Source: an uncultured Planctomycetia bacterium (lineage in GTDB: Bacteria > Omnitrophota > Gorgyraeia > Duberdicusellales > 4484-171). Taken from it: 64,000 nucleotides of DNA. Of this stretch, positions 21,376 through 30,153 are shown in pieces (positions within the stretch are counted from its first letter, which is position 1; each line of letters starts with the position of its first letter). The notes under the pieces were generated by a model. The model was given only the letters and a program-made list of their open reading frames with translations. It did no database searches and was not told the DNA's origin. The stretch is from contig CAZJOV010000001.1 of assembly GCA_964547735.1 (NCBI GenBank), positions 5,789 through 69,788 of the forward strand, in the 5' to 3' direction. The position numbers and the translations under genes are program-made.

Positions 21376-22619
21376 CCTCTCCTATACCCATTATATAACT
21401 CAATAATACAACGTGCGGTCTTGTAAGGATCGTGTCTTAAATAATCATGATGGCTGATAATATCTTTCTCTATCACTAAAATCCCTTTTTCCTTTATACG
21501 ACGGATATCAGAAACAACAGGAAAAGACTTCTCTTGGGCATACTTTATAAGAAGTTCTTGGCTTAATCTTCCACAATTTACTAAACATACATTCATAATC
21601 CCCTCACCGGTATGAGAAATAATTGTCTCTATATGGTCAAAAGCGGTAAAATTATCTGTCTCTCCATGCTGGGTCATCACATTGCAAATATAAATTTTTA
21701 AAATATCTTTACGTTGACAAATGCTCTTTTTAATATCTTCAATTAAAAGATTAGGCAGGATACTGGTAAATAAACTGCCGGGACCCAGAATGATAATATC
21801 CGCCTCTTTTATTGCTTCTATCGTCTGAGGAAAAGCTTTTACATGAGGAGGGATGAGAAATATTCTTTTAATTGGCTTTTCTTCTTTAGGAATTTTATCT
21901 TCTCCTTCTTTGGTAGAACCATCAATGTATTCTGCTTTTAATCTTACCTTCTCTAAACTTGCGGGTAAAACCTTCCCTCTTATCGCTAATACTTTACTGG
22001 ATTCCTCTACCGCCCCCTGAAAACTTCCCGTAACATCCGCTAAAGCAGTAATTAAAAGATTTCCGAAACTATGTCCTTTTATACCATCGCCTTCTCTAAA
22101 TCGATATTGAAAAAGGTCGCGCATAAGTTGAGGGGCTTCTGCTAATGCTACCAAGCAATTTCTTATATCTCCTGGAGGAAGGATACCAAATTCCTCACGC
22201 AACCTTCCTGAAGAACCTCCTTCATCAGCTACAGTAACAATAGCGGTAATATTAGAGGTGAACTCTTTCAGTCCCTCAAGAATTGTTGAAAGGCCTGTCC
22301 CTCCTCCAATAGCAACAACTTTTGGCCCTCGGGATAAATATCTTTTTTCATAAATGATATCAATCAATTCTTTATTCTGATAAGGAACAATCGCTTTAAA
22401 AAAACTATGAATGAGTAAAGTGGTTCCCGTAATGAAAAAAAATACCCCCAGACTGAACAAAACAACATAAAAAGTTTTCCATAGTATAAAAGAACTGTAA
22501 GAGATATAAAAAGAAGAAATAAAAATTAAAATAATCCCCAAGCTTAAAAGGATTACCCATCTTTTTATTCGCAGGCCCGGATAGAACCACTTTATGAACT
22601 TAGCATACCTCCTCATCAC
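21351..22619 (-). CDS. YvcK/CuvA-family protein with N-terminal transmembrane region
   Basis: IGGGTGL, DEGGSSGRLR, PPGDIRNCL, GHSFGNL, GPGSLFTS, RHDP. Confidence 0.92.
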   Translation of the reverse strand: MMRRYAKFIKWFYPGLRIKRWVILLSLGIILIFISSFYISYSSFILWKTFYVVLFSLGVFFFITGTTLLIHSFFKAIVPYQNKELIDIIYEKRYLSRGPKVVAIGGGTGLSTILEGLKEFTSNITAIVTVADEGGSSGRLREEFGILPPGDIRNCLVALAEAPQLMRDLFQYRFREGDGIKGHSFGNLLITALADVTGSFQGAVEESSKVLAIRGKVLPASLEKVRLKAEYIDGSTKEGEDKIPKEEKPIKRIFLIPPHVKAFPQTIEAIKEADIIILGPGSLFTSILPNLLIEDIKKSICQRKDILKIYICNVMTQHGETDNFTAFDHIETIISHTGEGIMNVCLVNCGRLSQELLIKYAQEKSFPVVSDIRRIKEKGILVIEKDIISHHDYLRHDPYKTARCIIELYNGYRRGWKEWKKR

Positions 22620-22631
22620 ACTTTTTATTTT

Positions 22632-23108
22632 CTATTCTACTAATGATTGTTGTCGACGAAGTAAGGAGATGATTTCTTCCTGTTGTGAGACTTCTTTTAG
22701 CCTCTGGATAAAATATTTATCTTTCAACATTCTCGCCAGCAAAGCTAAAATCTTCAGGTGGAGGCCAGCTTCTTTATGATGAGAAAGAAGAAGTGCGATA
22801 ATATATACAGGTTCTCCGTCTAAAGAGTCAAAATTTATCCCTTGAGAGGAAACACCTAAACACAAAATGACCTTTTTGATATTTTCTAAACGCGCATGAG
22901 GTAGTGCTACCCCTCCTCCAATAGCGGTAGAACCCATCTCTTCTCTTTGCAATAAAGTCTTTATTATCTCCTTCCTATATTTTTTATCTACTTTTTTTGT
23001 GGAAATAAGATGGTCAACAAGAAAGGTTATAATATTCTTCTTGCTTTTTCCTTTTATTTTAAAAAGAATATCCTTCTTATCTAGGTACTCCAAAATATCT
23101 ATATGCAT
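22632..23108 (-). CDS. PTS EIIA component (Ntr/fructose type)
   Basis: REEMGSTAIGGGVALPHAR, FDSLDGEPV, HLKILA. Confidence 0.9.
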   Translation of the reverse strand: MHIDILEYLDKKDILFKIKGKSKKNIITFLVDHLISTKKVDKKYRKEIIKTLLQREEMGSTAIGGGVALPHARLENIKKVILCLGVSSQGINFDSLDGEPVYIIALLLSHHKEAGLHLKILALLARMLKDKYFIQRLKEVSQQEEIISLLRRQQSLVE

Positions 23109-23121
23109 TCTTCATCTTTTA

Positions 23122-23196
23122 AGCGGGCGAGGGGAATTGAACCCCCAACCTTCACGTTGGCAACGTGACGCTCTAGCCAGATTGAGCTACGCCCGC
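23122..23196 (-). tRNA. tRNA-Gly(GCC)
   Basis: GCGGGCG acceptor; anticodon arm TCACG-TTGCCAA-CGTGA; GTTCAATTC T-loop; no CCA. Confidence 0.95.
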
Positions 23197-23238
23197 ACTT
23201 CTCTAATCTGTAATTTGTAATCTATAATTACTCTCCTC

Positions 23239-23321
23239 TGCGGACGGGGAGATTTGAACTCCCACCCTCCTTAAGGACAGGATTCTAAGTCCTGCGCGTC
23301 TGCCAATTCCGCCACGTCCGC
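23239..23321 (-). tRNA. tRNA-Leu(TAG)
   Basis: GCGGACG acceptor; CAGGA-CTTAGAA-TCCTG; long variable arm; no CCA. Confidence 0.95.
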
Positions 23322-23358
23322 AAAATAAAAAGTAAGCACTTTGATGAGTTTCTATCTT

Positions 23359-23535
23359 ATAAGCCCCCAGACTCGAACTTGTCGCTTCGCTCCTCATAAA
23401 GGGAAACCCACAGTTTCCCTCTCTGACGTCCCGTCTTTTCCTTAAAAAGGACAGGGCGGCCACTCCCTTCCCCTACAAAGAAGCATAAATAATTTGAGGA
23501 GAAATACTTTTCCCTCAAACTCCCTTTGCGAGTTC
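23359..23535. other. GC-richer multi-hairpin intergenic element with a degenerate copy of the tRNA-Lys 3' end
   Basis: Hairpins at 23400-23420, 23427-23458 and 23493-23519; AGACTCGAACT shared with tRNA-Lys. Confidence 0.5.
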
Positions 23536-23615
23536 TCATTTCTTATATTTTTTCTCATTATCAAATATATTTTTCAAACTTCTAAACTTTTGATTTTAAC
23601 CTTAAACTAACTTAT

Positions 23616-23688
23616 TGAGCCGCCCGAGACTCGAACTCGGCACTCCCGGCTTAAAAGGCCGGTGCTCTACCTGCTGAGCTAGCGGCTC
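23616..23688 (-). tRNA. tRNA-Lys(TTT)
   Basis: GAGCCGC/GCGGCTC acceptor; CCGGC-CTTTTAA-GCCGG; GTTCGAGTC; first 2 nt shared with the frr stop codon; no CCA. Confidence 0.95.
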
Positions 23689-24247
23689 AAAACTCTCTTA
23701 ACTCTTTCTCTTTTCCTTCTAAGACCCTACCTATCTCTTCAATATATTTATCGGTAAGTTTCTGTAATTCATCTTCTAAGCGATATCGTTCATCCTCAGA
23801 AATCTTTTTCTCTTTCTCCATCCTTCTTATATCTTCTTTTGCCTCTCTTCTTACTGTTCTTATCGAAATTCTTCCTTCCTCAGCAATTTTTTTGGTCAAT
23901 TTAATCAACTCCTCCCTTCTCTCTTCAGATAAGGCAGGAATTACCAGTTTCAAAATTTTACCATCTATAATAGGAGTTATTCCCAAGTTACTTTCTAAAA
24001 TTGCCTTCTCTATTGTCTTGAGTGAATTAGGATCCCAAGGATTAATAACCAAAAGTCTTGCCTCCGGAACAGTAATAGTAGCAATATTTTTAAGCAAGGT
24101 AGGTGTGCCATAGTAATCTACTCTTATCCCCTCCACTAATTTAGGATTAGCTCTTCCGGAACGTATCTCTCCAAATTCTCTTTTTATTACTTCTACTGTT
24201 TTTTGCATTTTTCCTTCTACTTCCTTCAAAAATTGTTTAACTACCAT
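23687..24247 (-). CDS. frr: Ribosome recycling factor
   Basis: IRSGRANP, VDYYG..T.L, P.LSEERR. Confidence 0.97.
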   Translation of the reverse strand: MVVKQFLKEVEGKMQKTVEVIKREFGEIRSGRANPKLVEGIRVDYYGTPTLLKNIATITVPEARLLVINPWDPNSLKTIEKAILESNLGITPIIDGKILKLVIPALSEERREELIKLTKKIAEEGRISIRTVRREAKEDIRRMEKEKKISEDERYRLEDELQKLTDKYIEEIGRVLEGKEKELREF

Positions 24248-24249
24248 TT

Positions 24250-24960
24250 TTAATTAATAACTGTGCCTATTTTTTTCCCTAAAATTACTTTTTTAAGATT
24301 CCCCTTACAGGTAAAATTAAATACTACAATAGGAATGGAATTCTCTTTGCATAAAGCGATGGCTGTAGAATCCATTATTCCCAGACTCTTCTTAATCACC
24401 TCCACATAACTCAATTTTTTATAAAAGATTGCTTTTTTATTTTTTAAAGGATCGTCAGAATAAACTCCATCAACCTTCGTTCCTTTAAGAAGTACCTGAG
24501 CTTTTATCTCTACACTCCTTAAAGCAGCGGCTGTATCTGTGGTAAAGTAAGGGTTGCCGCTTCCAGCAACAAATATTACCACTCTCTTTTTCTCCAAGTG
24601 TCTAATTGCTCTTCTTCTTATGTAAGGCTCAGCTATCTGAGGCATAGGGATAGCAGTCATTACTCTTGTGGGAATACTTATATTCTCTAAAGCACTCTGC
24701 AGAGCCAAACCATTAAGCACTGTGGCTAACATCCCCATATAATCAGCTACCGTGCGCTCTATATGGAACTGCTTAGATTCTCTTCCTCGAAAGATATTTC
24801 CTCCTCCCACCACCAAAGCAACCTCCACCCCTAATTCCACTATCTCCTTAATTTCTCCTGCCAGATGCAAACATTCCTTACTATCAATTCCGTATCTTTC
24901 TTCTCCTAAAAAAGCTTCTCCACTTAATTTCAGAAGAACTCTTTTCAACTTAGGTTTCAT
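24250..24960 (-). CDS. pyrH: UMP kinase
   Basis: [36 protein letters not shown]. Confidence 0.97.
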   Translation of the reverse strand: MKPKLKRVLLKLSGEAFLGEERYGIDSKECLHLAGEIKEIVELGVEVALVVGGGNIFRGRESKQFHIERTVADYMGMLATVLNGLALQSALENISIPTRVMTAIPMPQIAEPYIRRRAIRHLEKKRVVIFVAGSGNPYFTTDTAAALRSVEIKAQVLLKGTKVDGVYSDDPLKNKKAIFYKKLSYVEVIKKSLGIMDSTAIALCKENSIPIVVFNFTCKGNLKKVILGKKIGTVIN

Positions 24961-25472
24961 TCTCCTAAAGAGAACCTTACAAATCTTTTTATTACAATAT
25001 TCTCTTTAGTCTGAGAGATTACTTCCTTAAGATAATCTTCTACTGTCTTTGAGGTATCCTTAACGAAAATTTGGCTTAAAAGACAATTCTCTCTAACAAA
25101 TACATCTTTATCCTCAACTTTTTCTAAAACTTCTTGAGGTATCTCTTCTTTGGTTAAATATTTAGGGTTAGCCGCAGCAACCTGCATGGCAATATCTTTA
25201 GCAAAATTTCTGAAGACTTCTGTACGGGCAACAAAATCTGTCTCACAATTAATCTCTACCAAAGCCCCTAAATTTCTTCCAAAATGCACATAAGCATCAA
25301 TTACTCCTTCTTTAGTCTGTCTTCCTTTCTTCTTCTGGGAAATTTGGACGCCTCTTTCTTTGAGTATTTTCAATGCCTTATCTAAATCACCTTCTGCCTC
25401 CTCCAACGCCTTCTTGCATTCCTTAACTCCTGCCGAAGTCAACTCTCTTAATTCCTTTATCTTCTCAATCAT
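24957..25472 (-). CDS. tsf: Elongation factor Ts, short form
   Basis: [24 protein letters not shown]. Confidence 0.95.
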   Translation of the reverse strand: MIEKIKELRELTSAGVKECKKALEEAEGDLDKALKILKERGVQISQKKKGRQTKEGVIDAYVHFGRNLGALVEINCETDFVARTEVFRNFAKDIAMQVAAANPKYLTKEEIPQEVLEKVEDKDVFVRENCLLSQIFVKDTSKTVEDYLKEVISQTKENIVIKRFVRFSLGE

Positions 25473-25503
25473 TGGCTACCCCTTTCTTTTTCTAAGCGAT
25501 TTC

Positions 25504-26295
25504 TTACTCAATTTCTTTTTCTTCTTCAATAATTTTTTCCTCCAACTCCTCAGGCTTTTCTACATCGGGCTCATCTCCTTCTTTCTTCTCTTCTTTACTC
25601 GCCAATGGAGATTCCCTCTTTCCCTCCAAGATTGCCTCCACAATTAATTGAGTAATAAATCCTACTGATCTTATAGCATCATCATTACCCGGAATAGGAT
25701 AATCAATAACTTCCGGATCTGAATCGGTATCTATCAATGCTACCACAGGGATAGACAACCGACTTGCCTCCCGGATACATGTATTTTCTCTTTTAGGGTC
25801 TACCACATAAATACACTCCGGCAAATCTTCTAAAGTTGTTACTCCCGAATAAAGCTTTTCCATTCTCTCTAATTCCCGATTTAACCTCACCACTTCTTTA
25901 TGAGGAAGTTTATCAAATTCACCCTTTTCTTTTTTTTCCTTAAGTTCCATATATTTTTTTATTCTCTCCTTAATAGTAACAAAATTCGTTAAGAATCCCC
26001 CCACCCATCGCTCAACAATGTAGGGCATCTGACAAGAAGAGGCTAATTCTTTTATTGTATCCTGAAGTTGCTTTTTTGTTCCCACAAATAGAATTTTTCC
26101 TCCCCGCTTGGCTATGTCTTTAACGAATTCTTTTGCCCTCTCCAAATTTTTCACTGTTTTCTCTAAATCAATAATATAGACGTTCTTCTTTTTTCCAAAA
26201 ATAAATTTCTTCATTTTAGGATTCCAGTGTTTGCTTAGATGTCCAAAATGGACCCCATGTTCCAGAAGCTTTTGAATAATTTCAGGTAAAGCCAT
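25504..26295 (-). CDS. rpsB: 30S ribosomal protein S2
   Basis: GVHFGH, WNPKM, FVGTKKQ, RW.GG.LTNF, PGNDD. Confidence 0.98.
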   Translation of the reverse strand: MALPEIIQKLLEHGVHFGHLSKHWNPKMKKFIFGKKKNVYIIDLEKTVKNLERAKEFVKDIAKRGGKILFVGTKKQLQDTIKELASSCQMPYIVERWVGGFLTNFVTIKERIKKYMELKEKKEKGEFDKLPHKEVVRLNRELERMEKLYSGVTTLEDLPECIYVVDPKRENTCIREASRLSIPVVALIDTDSDPEVIDYPIPGNDDAIRSVGFITQLIVEAILEGKRESPLASKEEKKEGDEPDVEKPEELEEKIIEEEKEIE

Positions 26296-26304
26296 AACTT
26301 CTAT

Positions 26305-26332
26305 ATTATATTATAAATTTTTCTATTATCAA
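26305..26332 (-). promoter_or_regulatory. Putative promoter for rpsB (near-leaderless)
   Basis: TTGATA-16 nt-TATAAT, 9 nt before ATG; no clear SD. Confidence 0.65.
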
Positions 26333-26334
26333 CA

Positions 26335-28125
26335 CTAAAAGTTCTGCCAATGGTAAAATTGACTGTATGTACCTTTTCTCTCCAAAAGAGCCGTATGTGT
26401 GCCTATTTCTATAATCTGGCCTTTTTCCATCACTACAATTTTAGTTGCTTTCTTTACTGTAGAAAGTCGGTGGGCAATAATAAATACTGTCTTATCCTTC
26501 AGAAGGTTGCCTAAAGCATACTGGATTAACCTTTCAGATTGAGAATCGAGTTGACTGGTTGCTTCATCGAGGATTAATATAGGTGCGTTTTTTAAAATAG
26601 CCCGGGCAATAGCAATACGCTGCCTTTCTCCTCCGGAAAGATTACATCCTCTCTCCCCAATTATGGTATCAAACCCTCGAGGAAGCCTCATTATAAACTC
26701 ATAGGCATAAGCTTTTTTTGCTGCTTCAACAATCTCATCAAAATGGACATCTTTTCTCCCATAAGTAATATTGTTTCTTACTGTATCATTAAAAAGCACC
26801 ATCTCCTGTGAAACTACTGCAAAAAGGTTTCTTAAGGATTTAATCTTTAAATCTTTAAGGTCATCTCCATCAATAATAATCCTTCCTTGGGTAGGATCGT
26901 ATAATCGGGGCAGAAGGCTTACCAGAGTCGATTTTCCTGCTCCCGAATGTCCTACAAGAGCAACTATCTCATTTTTTTCTACCTTAAGATTTATATCCCT
27001 TAAAGCATATTCAGAAGAATTAGGATAATGAAACCAGACATTCTCAAAAATTATCTCCTTTTTAAACTCTCTTATCTCTTTTGCTTTTGCGCTTTCTTTT
27101 ACTAAAGGTTTCTCTTCTAAAATTTCATATATTCTTTCTGAAGCAGCTAATGCTTTCTGGTTAATAGAATAAACTCCCGAGAGTTTCTTAAATGGTCTAA
27201 TCATACTCATCAAAGACCCCATAAAAAGGCCAAAAACTCCAAAAGATAACTTACCAGAAATAACCTCTTCTCCAGCGATTAGAAGAATAACTACTGCCCC
27301 TAATGCTCCCATAAATTCTGTAAAAGGAGAAAGGATAAGAGTTCTTTTTAAATTTTTTAAAACATACCTGTAATATTGAAAATTTATTTTCCTAAATTTC
27401 CTTATCTCCTCTTCCTCCCAATTAAAAACTTTCACAATATAGGCTCCCTGAATAGTTTCATTAAGGTGAGAATTTAAATCCGCCATCTTTTTTTGGATTT
27501 CTGAAGAGTATCTTTTTATTTTTTTGCCTATCTTTAATACAGAAAAAACAATTACAGGAAAAAGAACAAAGGAAATAAGTGCTAGTCGCCAGTGAATATA
27601 AAAAACAACAAAAGTAAAAAGAATAATTTGTAAAGAAGAATAAATCAAATCCGTCAATCCATAAGAAATAGCATGGGTGATAAAACCTACATCATTGGTA
27701 ATACGTGAGATTAACTCTCCTGTTCTTTTTCTTCCATAAAAGTCTAAAGATAACTGGTGTAACTTCTCATAAATTTTATTCCTTAATTCTTTTACACATC
27801 CTTCCCCTACCACCGTCATTAGATAATTTTGAAAAAAGAAAAAGATTCCTTTAAGAAAAAAAAGGATAACTATAACTATTACCATTCCTTTAAGAACAAC
27901 TAAAGGTGAAAGGGTATTAAGTCTTTCTATGAGATCCTCTAAAAACATAGGTACTTTTACAGGAAGAATTATTCGCTTGTTGGTAAGGACTCTGTCGGAT
28001 AAAGGAATAATCATCCCCAAAGATATTCCATTAAAAAGAGTGGAAATCAACATACATCCTATAGCTAAGACGAACCACCCTATATAAGGTCGGATAAATT
28101 TTAAAAGTTTAAAATATTCCTTCAT
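26335..28125 (-). CDS. msbA: MsbA-like ABC exporter (TMD plus NBD)
   Basis: GHSGAGKST, LSGGERQR, ILDEATS; next to lpxB. Confidence 0.8.
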   Translation of the reverse strand: MKEYFKLLKFIRPYIGWFVLAIGCMLISTLFNGISLGMIIPLSDRVLTNKRIILPVKVPMFLEDLIERLNTLSPLVVLKGMVIVIVILFFLKGIFFFFQNYLMTVVGEGCVKELRNKIYEKLHQLSLDFYGRKRTGELISRITNDVGFITHAISYGLTDLIYSSLQIILFTFVVFYIHWRLALISFVLFPVIVFSVLKIGKKIKRYSSEIQKKMADLNSHLNETIQGAYIVKVFNWEEEEIRKFRKINFQYYRYVLKNLKRTLILSPFTEFMGALGAVVILLIAGEEVISGKLSFGVFGLFMGSLMSMIRPFKKLSGVYSINQKALAASERIYEILEEKPLVKESAKAKEIREFKKEIIFENVWFHYPNSSEYALRDINLKVEKNEIVALVGHSGAGKSTLVSLLPRLYDPTQGRIIIDGDDLKDLKIKSLRNLFAVVSQEMVLFNDTVRNNITYGRKDVHFDEIVEAAKKAYAYEFIMRLPRGFDTIIGERGCNLSGGERQRIAIARAILKNAPILILDEATSQLDSQSERLIQYALGNLLKDKTVFIIAHRLSTVKKATKIVVMEKGQIIEIGTHTALLERKGTYSQFYHWQNF

Positions 28126-28134
28126 TCTCGCTAA

Positions 28135-28178
28135 ATTCTATCATATCCGTTGACTTTTCTCAAGCTCTTTGATAAGAT
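28135..28178. promoter_or_regulatory. Overlapping divergent sigma70 promoters (msbA and oxidoreductase-lpxB)
   Basis: - strand TTGAGA-17-TAGAAT (28163-28135); + strand TTGACT-17-TAAGAT (28150-28178); both have a TG extension and lie 9 nt before ATG. Confidence 0.7.
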
Positions 28179-28187
28179 ACACCCAAA

Positions 28188-29111
28188 ATGAGAGGGGCAA
28201 TTATTGGGGTGGGGAAAGTAGGTTCTTTGCATTTAAAGTTTCTAAAAAACTTTAAAGAAATAAAAAAAATTTATCTTGTTGATAAAAACCCAAAAAAAAT
28301 ATCTCCTTATCCTTTTGAAAGTTACCCTCATTATTCATCCTTGAAAAACAAGATTGATTTTGCAATTATCTCTGTTCCTACAATTTATCATTATGAAGTG
28401 GCTAAATTTTTTCTAAAAAATAAAATTCCTATTCTGGTAGAAAAACCTATTACCGCCACCCTTAGAGAGGCAAAACATCTTCTTACTCTTTCCCAAAAAA
28501 ACAAAACTCTTCTTTTTGTAGGCCACACAGAACGGTACAATATAGTATATCAGGAGGTTAAAAAAAATATAAAAAACCCTTGTTTTATCGAATGCCATCG
28601 CCTCAGTCCTTACCCTCATCGTTCTTTAGATATAAGTGTAGTGTCAGATTTGATGATTCATGATTTAGATATCCTTTTAGAACTAGTAAAAAGAAAGATA
28701 AAAAAAATTGAGGCGGTAGGGACAAAAGTTTTATCCTCCACTCCTGATATCGCCAATGCACGCATTGAATTTGAAGGAGGCTGTATCGCTAACCTAGTTG
28801 CCTCTCGTATTTCAAAGGAAAGAATAAGAAAATTCCGCATATTTTCTCCCAATTCTTATATTTCTTTAGATTTAGGAAATAGAAAGATAGAAACTTACAG
28901 AAAAATAAGAAGAAAGATTTATTACAAAAAAATAGAATATAAAAATATTCAGCCTCTTAAGAAAGAATTAGAAACATTTCTTTGGTGGGTAAAAGAAAAA
29001 AAAATTTCTATTTCCTTGATAAACAGAGCCTATCTTGCTTTAAAACTCGCCTTAAGAATTCAGAAAATAATAGAAAAAAATGAAAAAAATTATTTTTGTA
29101 GCAGGAGATAA
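28188..29111 (+). CDS. Gfo/Idh/MocA oxidoreductase (GnnA-like)
   Basis: G.GKVG, LVEKP, VGHTERYN, DLMIHDLD, ASRIS. Confidence 0.88.
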   Translation: MRGAIIGVGKVGSLHLKFLKNFKEIKKIYLVDKNPKKISPYPFESYPHYSSLKNKIDFAIISVPTIYHYEVAKFFLKNKIPILVEKPITATLREAKHLLTLSQKNKTLLFVGHTERYNIVYQEVKKNIKNPCFIECHRLSPYPHRSLDISVVSDLMIHDLDILLELVKRKIKKIEAVGTKVLSSTPDIANARIEFEGGCIANLVASRISKERIRKFRIFSPNSYISLDLGNRKIETYRKIRRKIYYKKIEYKNIQPLKKELETFLWWVKEKKISISLINRAYLALKLALRIQKIIEKNEKNYFCSRR

Positions 29112-30153
29112 ATCCGGTGATCTTCTGGCAGGAAAGTTATGTGAAAAATTAGAAAACCTTTACAGAGGAAAAGTCAATATTTTTTCTTTTGCGGGTTCTG
29201 TTTTAGGAAAACACTCATTACTTTTATTTAATCTGGTAAACCATTCTGTCTCAGGATTATGGGAAGCAACCTCTCAATTTTTTAAATTCTTTCATATTTT
29301 CAATTATGTTCTTTCTAAAATAAGAAAAATTAAACCCGATTTAATTATTCTTGTCGACTTTCCTGAATTCAACCTTCACTTAGCGAAAGCATTAAATCAT
29401 CAATTTAAGATCTTCTATTACATCAGTCCACAAATATGGGCATGGCGAAAAAAAAGAATAAAGGCAATAAAACGATATATTGATAAAATGATTGTTATCT
29501 TTGAATTCGAAAAAGATATTTACCTTAAGAATAACATAGAAGTTTACTATTTTGGCCATCCCCTTTTAGATATTATCCCTCAAACACCCACATCTTCCAA
29601 AAATAGAATTATTTTTCTTCCTGGCTCAAGAAAAAATGAGATAAGAATCCATCTTCCTTTAGTATTATCTGCAAAAAAAAGATTGGAGAAGGAATTAAAA
29701 GATTATGAGTTTATAGCTGTACGCCCCCCTCATATTCCTCCAGCATTTTACCCTTCTCAGATAAAAACACACCTACACAACTACCAAATCCTAAGGGAAT
29801 CTAAATTTATCCTTACCTCCTCCGGAAGTGCTACGCTGGAAGCCACTATAATGGAGATACCTTTTCTTATTTTTTACAAGTTAAATCGATTAAGTTATTT
29901 TCTCCTTAGAAAAATGATTAATATAAATTTCATAGGTATGCCTAATATAATCGCTAACAAAAAAGTTGTGGAAGAATTCATCCAGAGAAAAGCTACTCCT
30001 TCTAACTTAGCTAAATATACATTAGAAGTTATCAGGAATCCTTCAAAATATAAAGAAATAAAAGAAAACTTAAAAAAAATAAAAGAAAGGCTTAAACCCT
30101 ACCATAGCCTAGAAAATACTGCTCTTTTTATTGGAAGAGAGCTCGGCTTATAG
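29080..30153 (+). CDS. lpxB: Lipid-A-disaccharide synthase
   Basis: AGDKSGD, VDFPEFN, YYISPQIWAWR, GHP, LPGSRKNE, PNII. Confidence 0.93.
   Translation: MKKIIFVAGDKSGDLLAGKLCEKLENLYRGKVNIFSFAGSVLGKHSLLLFNLVNHSVSGLWEATSQFFKFFHIFNYVLSKIRKIKPDLIILVDFPEFNLHLAKALNHQFKIFYYISPQIWAWRKKRIKAIKRYIDKMIVIFEFEKDIYLKNNIEVYYFGHPLLDIIPQTPTSSKNRIIFLPGSRKNEIRIHLPLVLSAKKRLEKELKDYEFIAVRPPHIPPAFYPSQIKTHLHNYQILRESKFILTSSGSATLEATIMEIPFLIFYKLNRLSYFLLRKMININFIGMPNIIANKKVVEEFIQRKATPSNLAKYTLEVIRNPSKYKEIKENLKKIKERLKPYHSLENTALFIGRELGL

Noticed and set aside
23359-23535. Fifth functional tRNA, or an intron-containing tRNA
   Set aside because: No matching 5' acceptor strand, D-arm or anticodon arm found; T-stem does not pair; too short for a group I or II intron
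23203-23539. ORFs 23203-23463 and 23357-23539
   Set aside because: Overlap tRNA-Leu and/or the hairpin element; no protein motifs; RNA structure explains the sequence better
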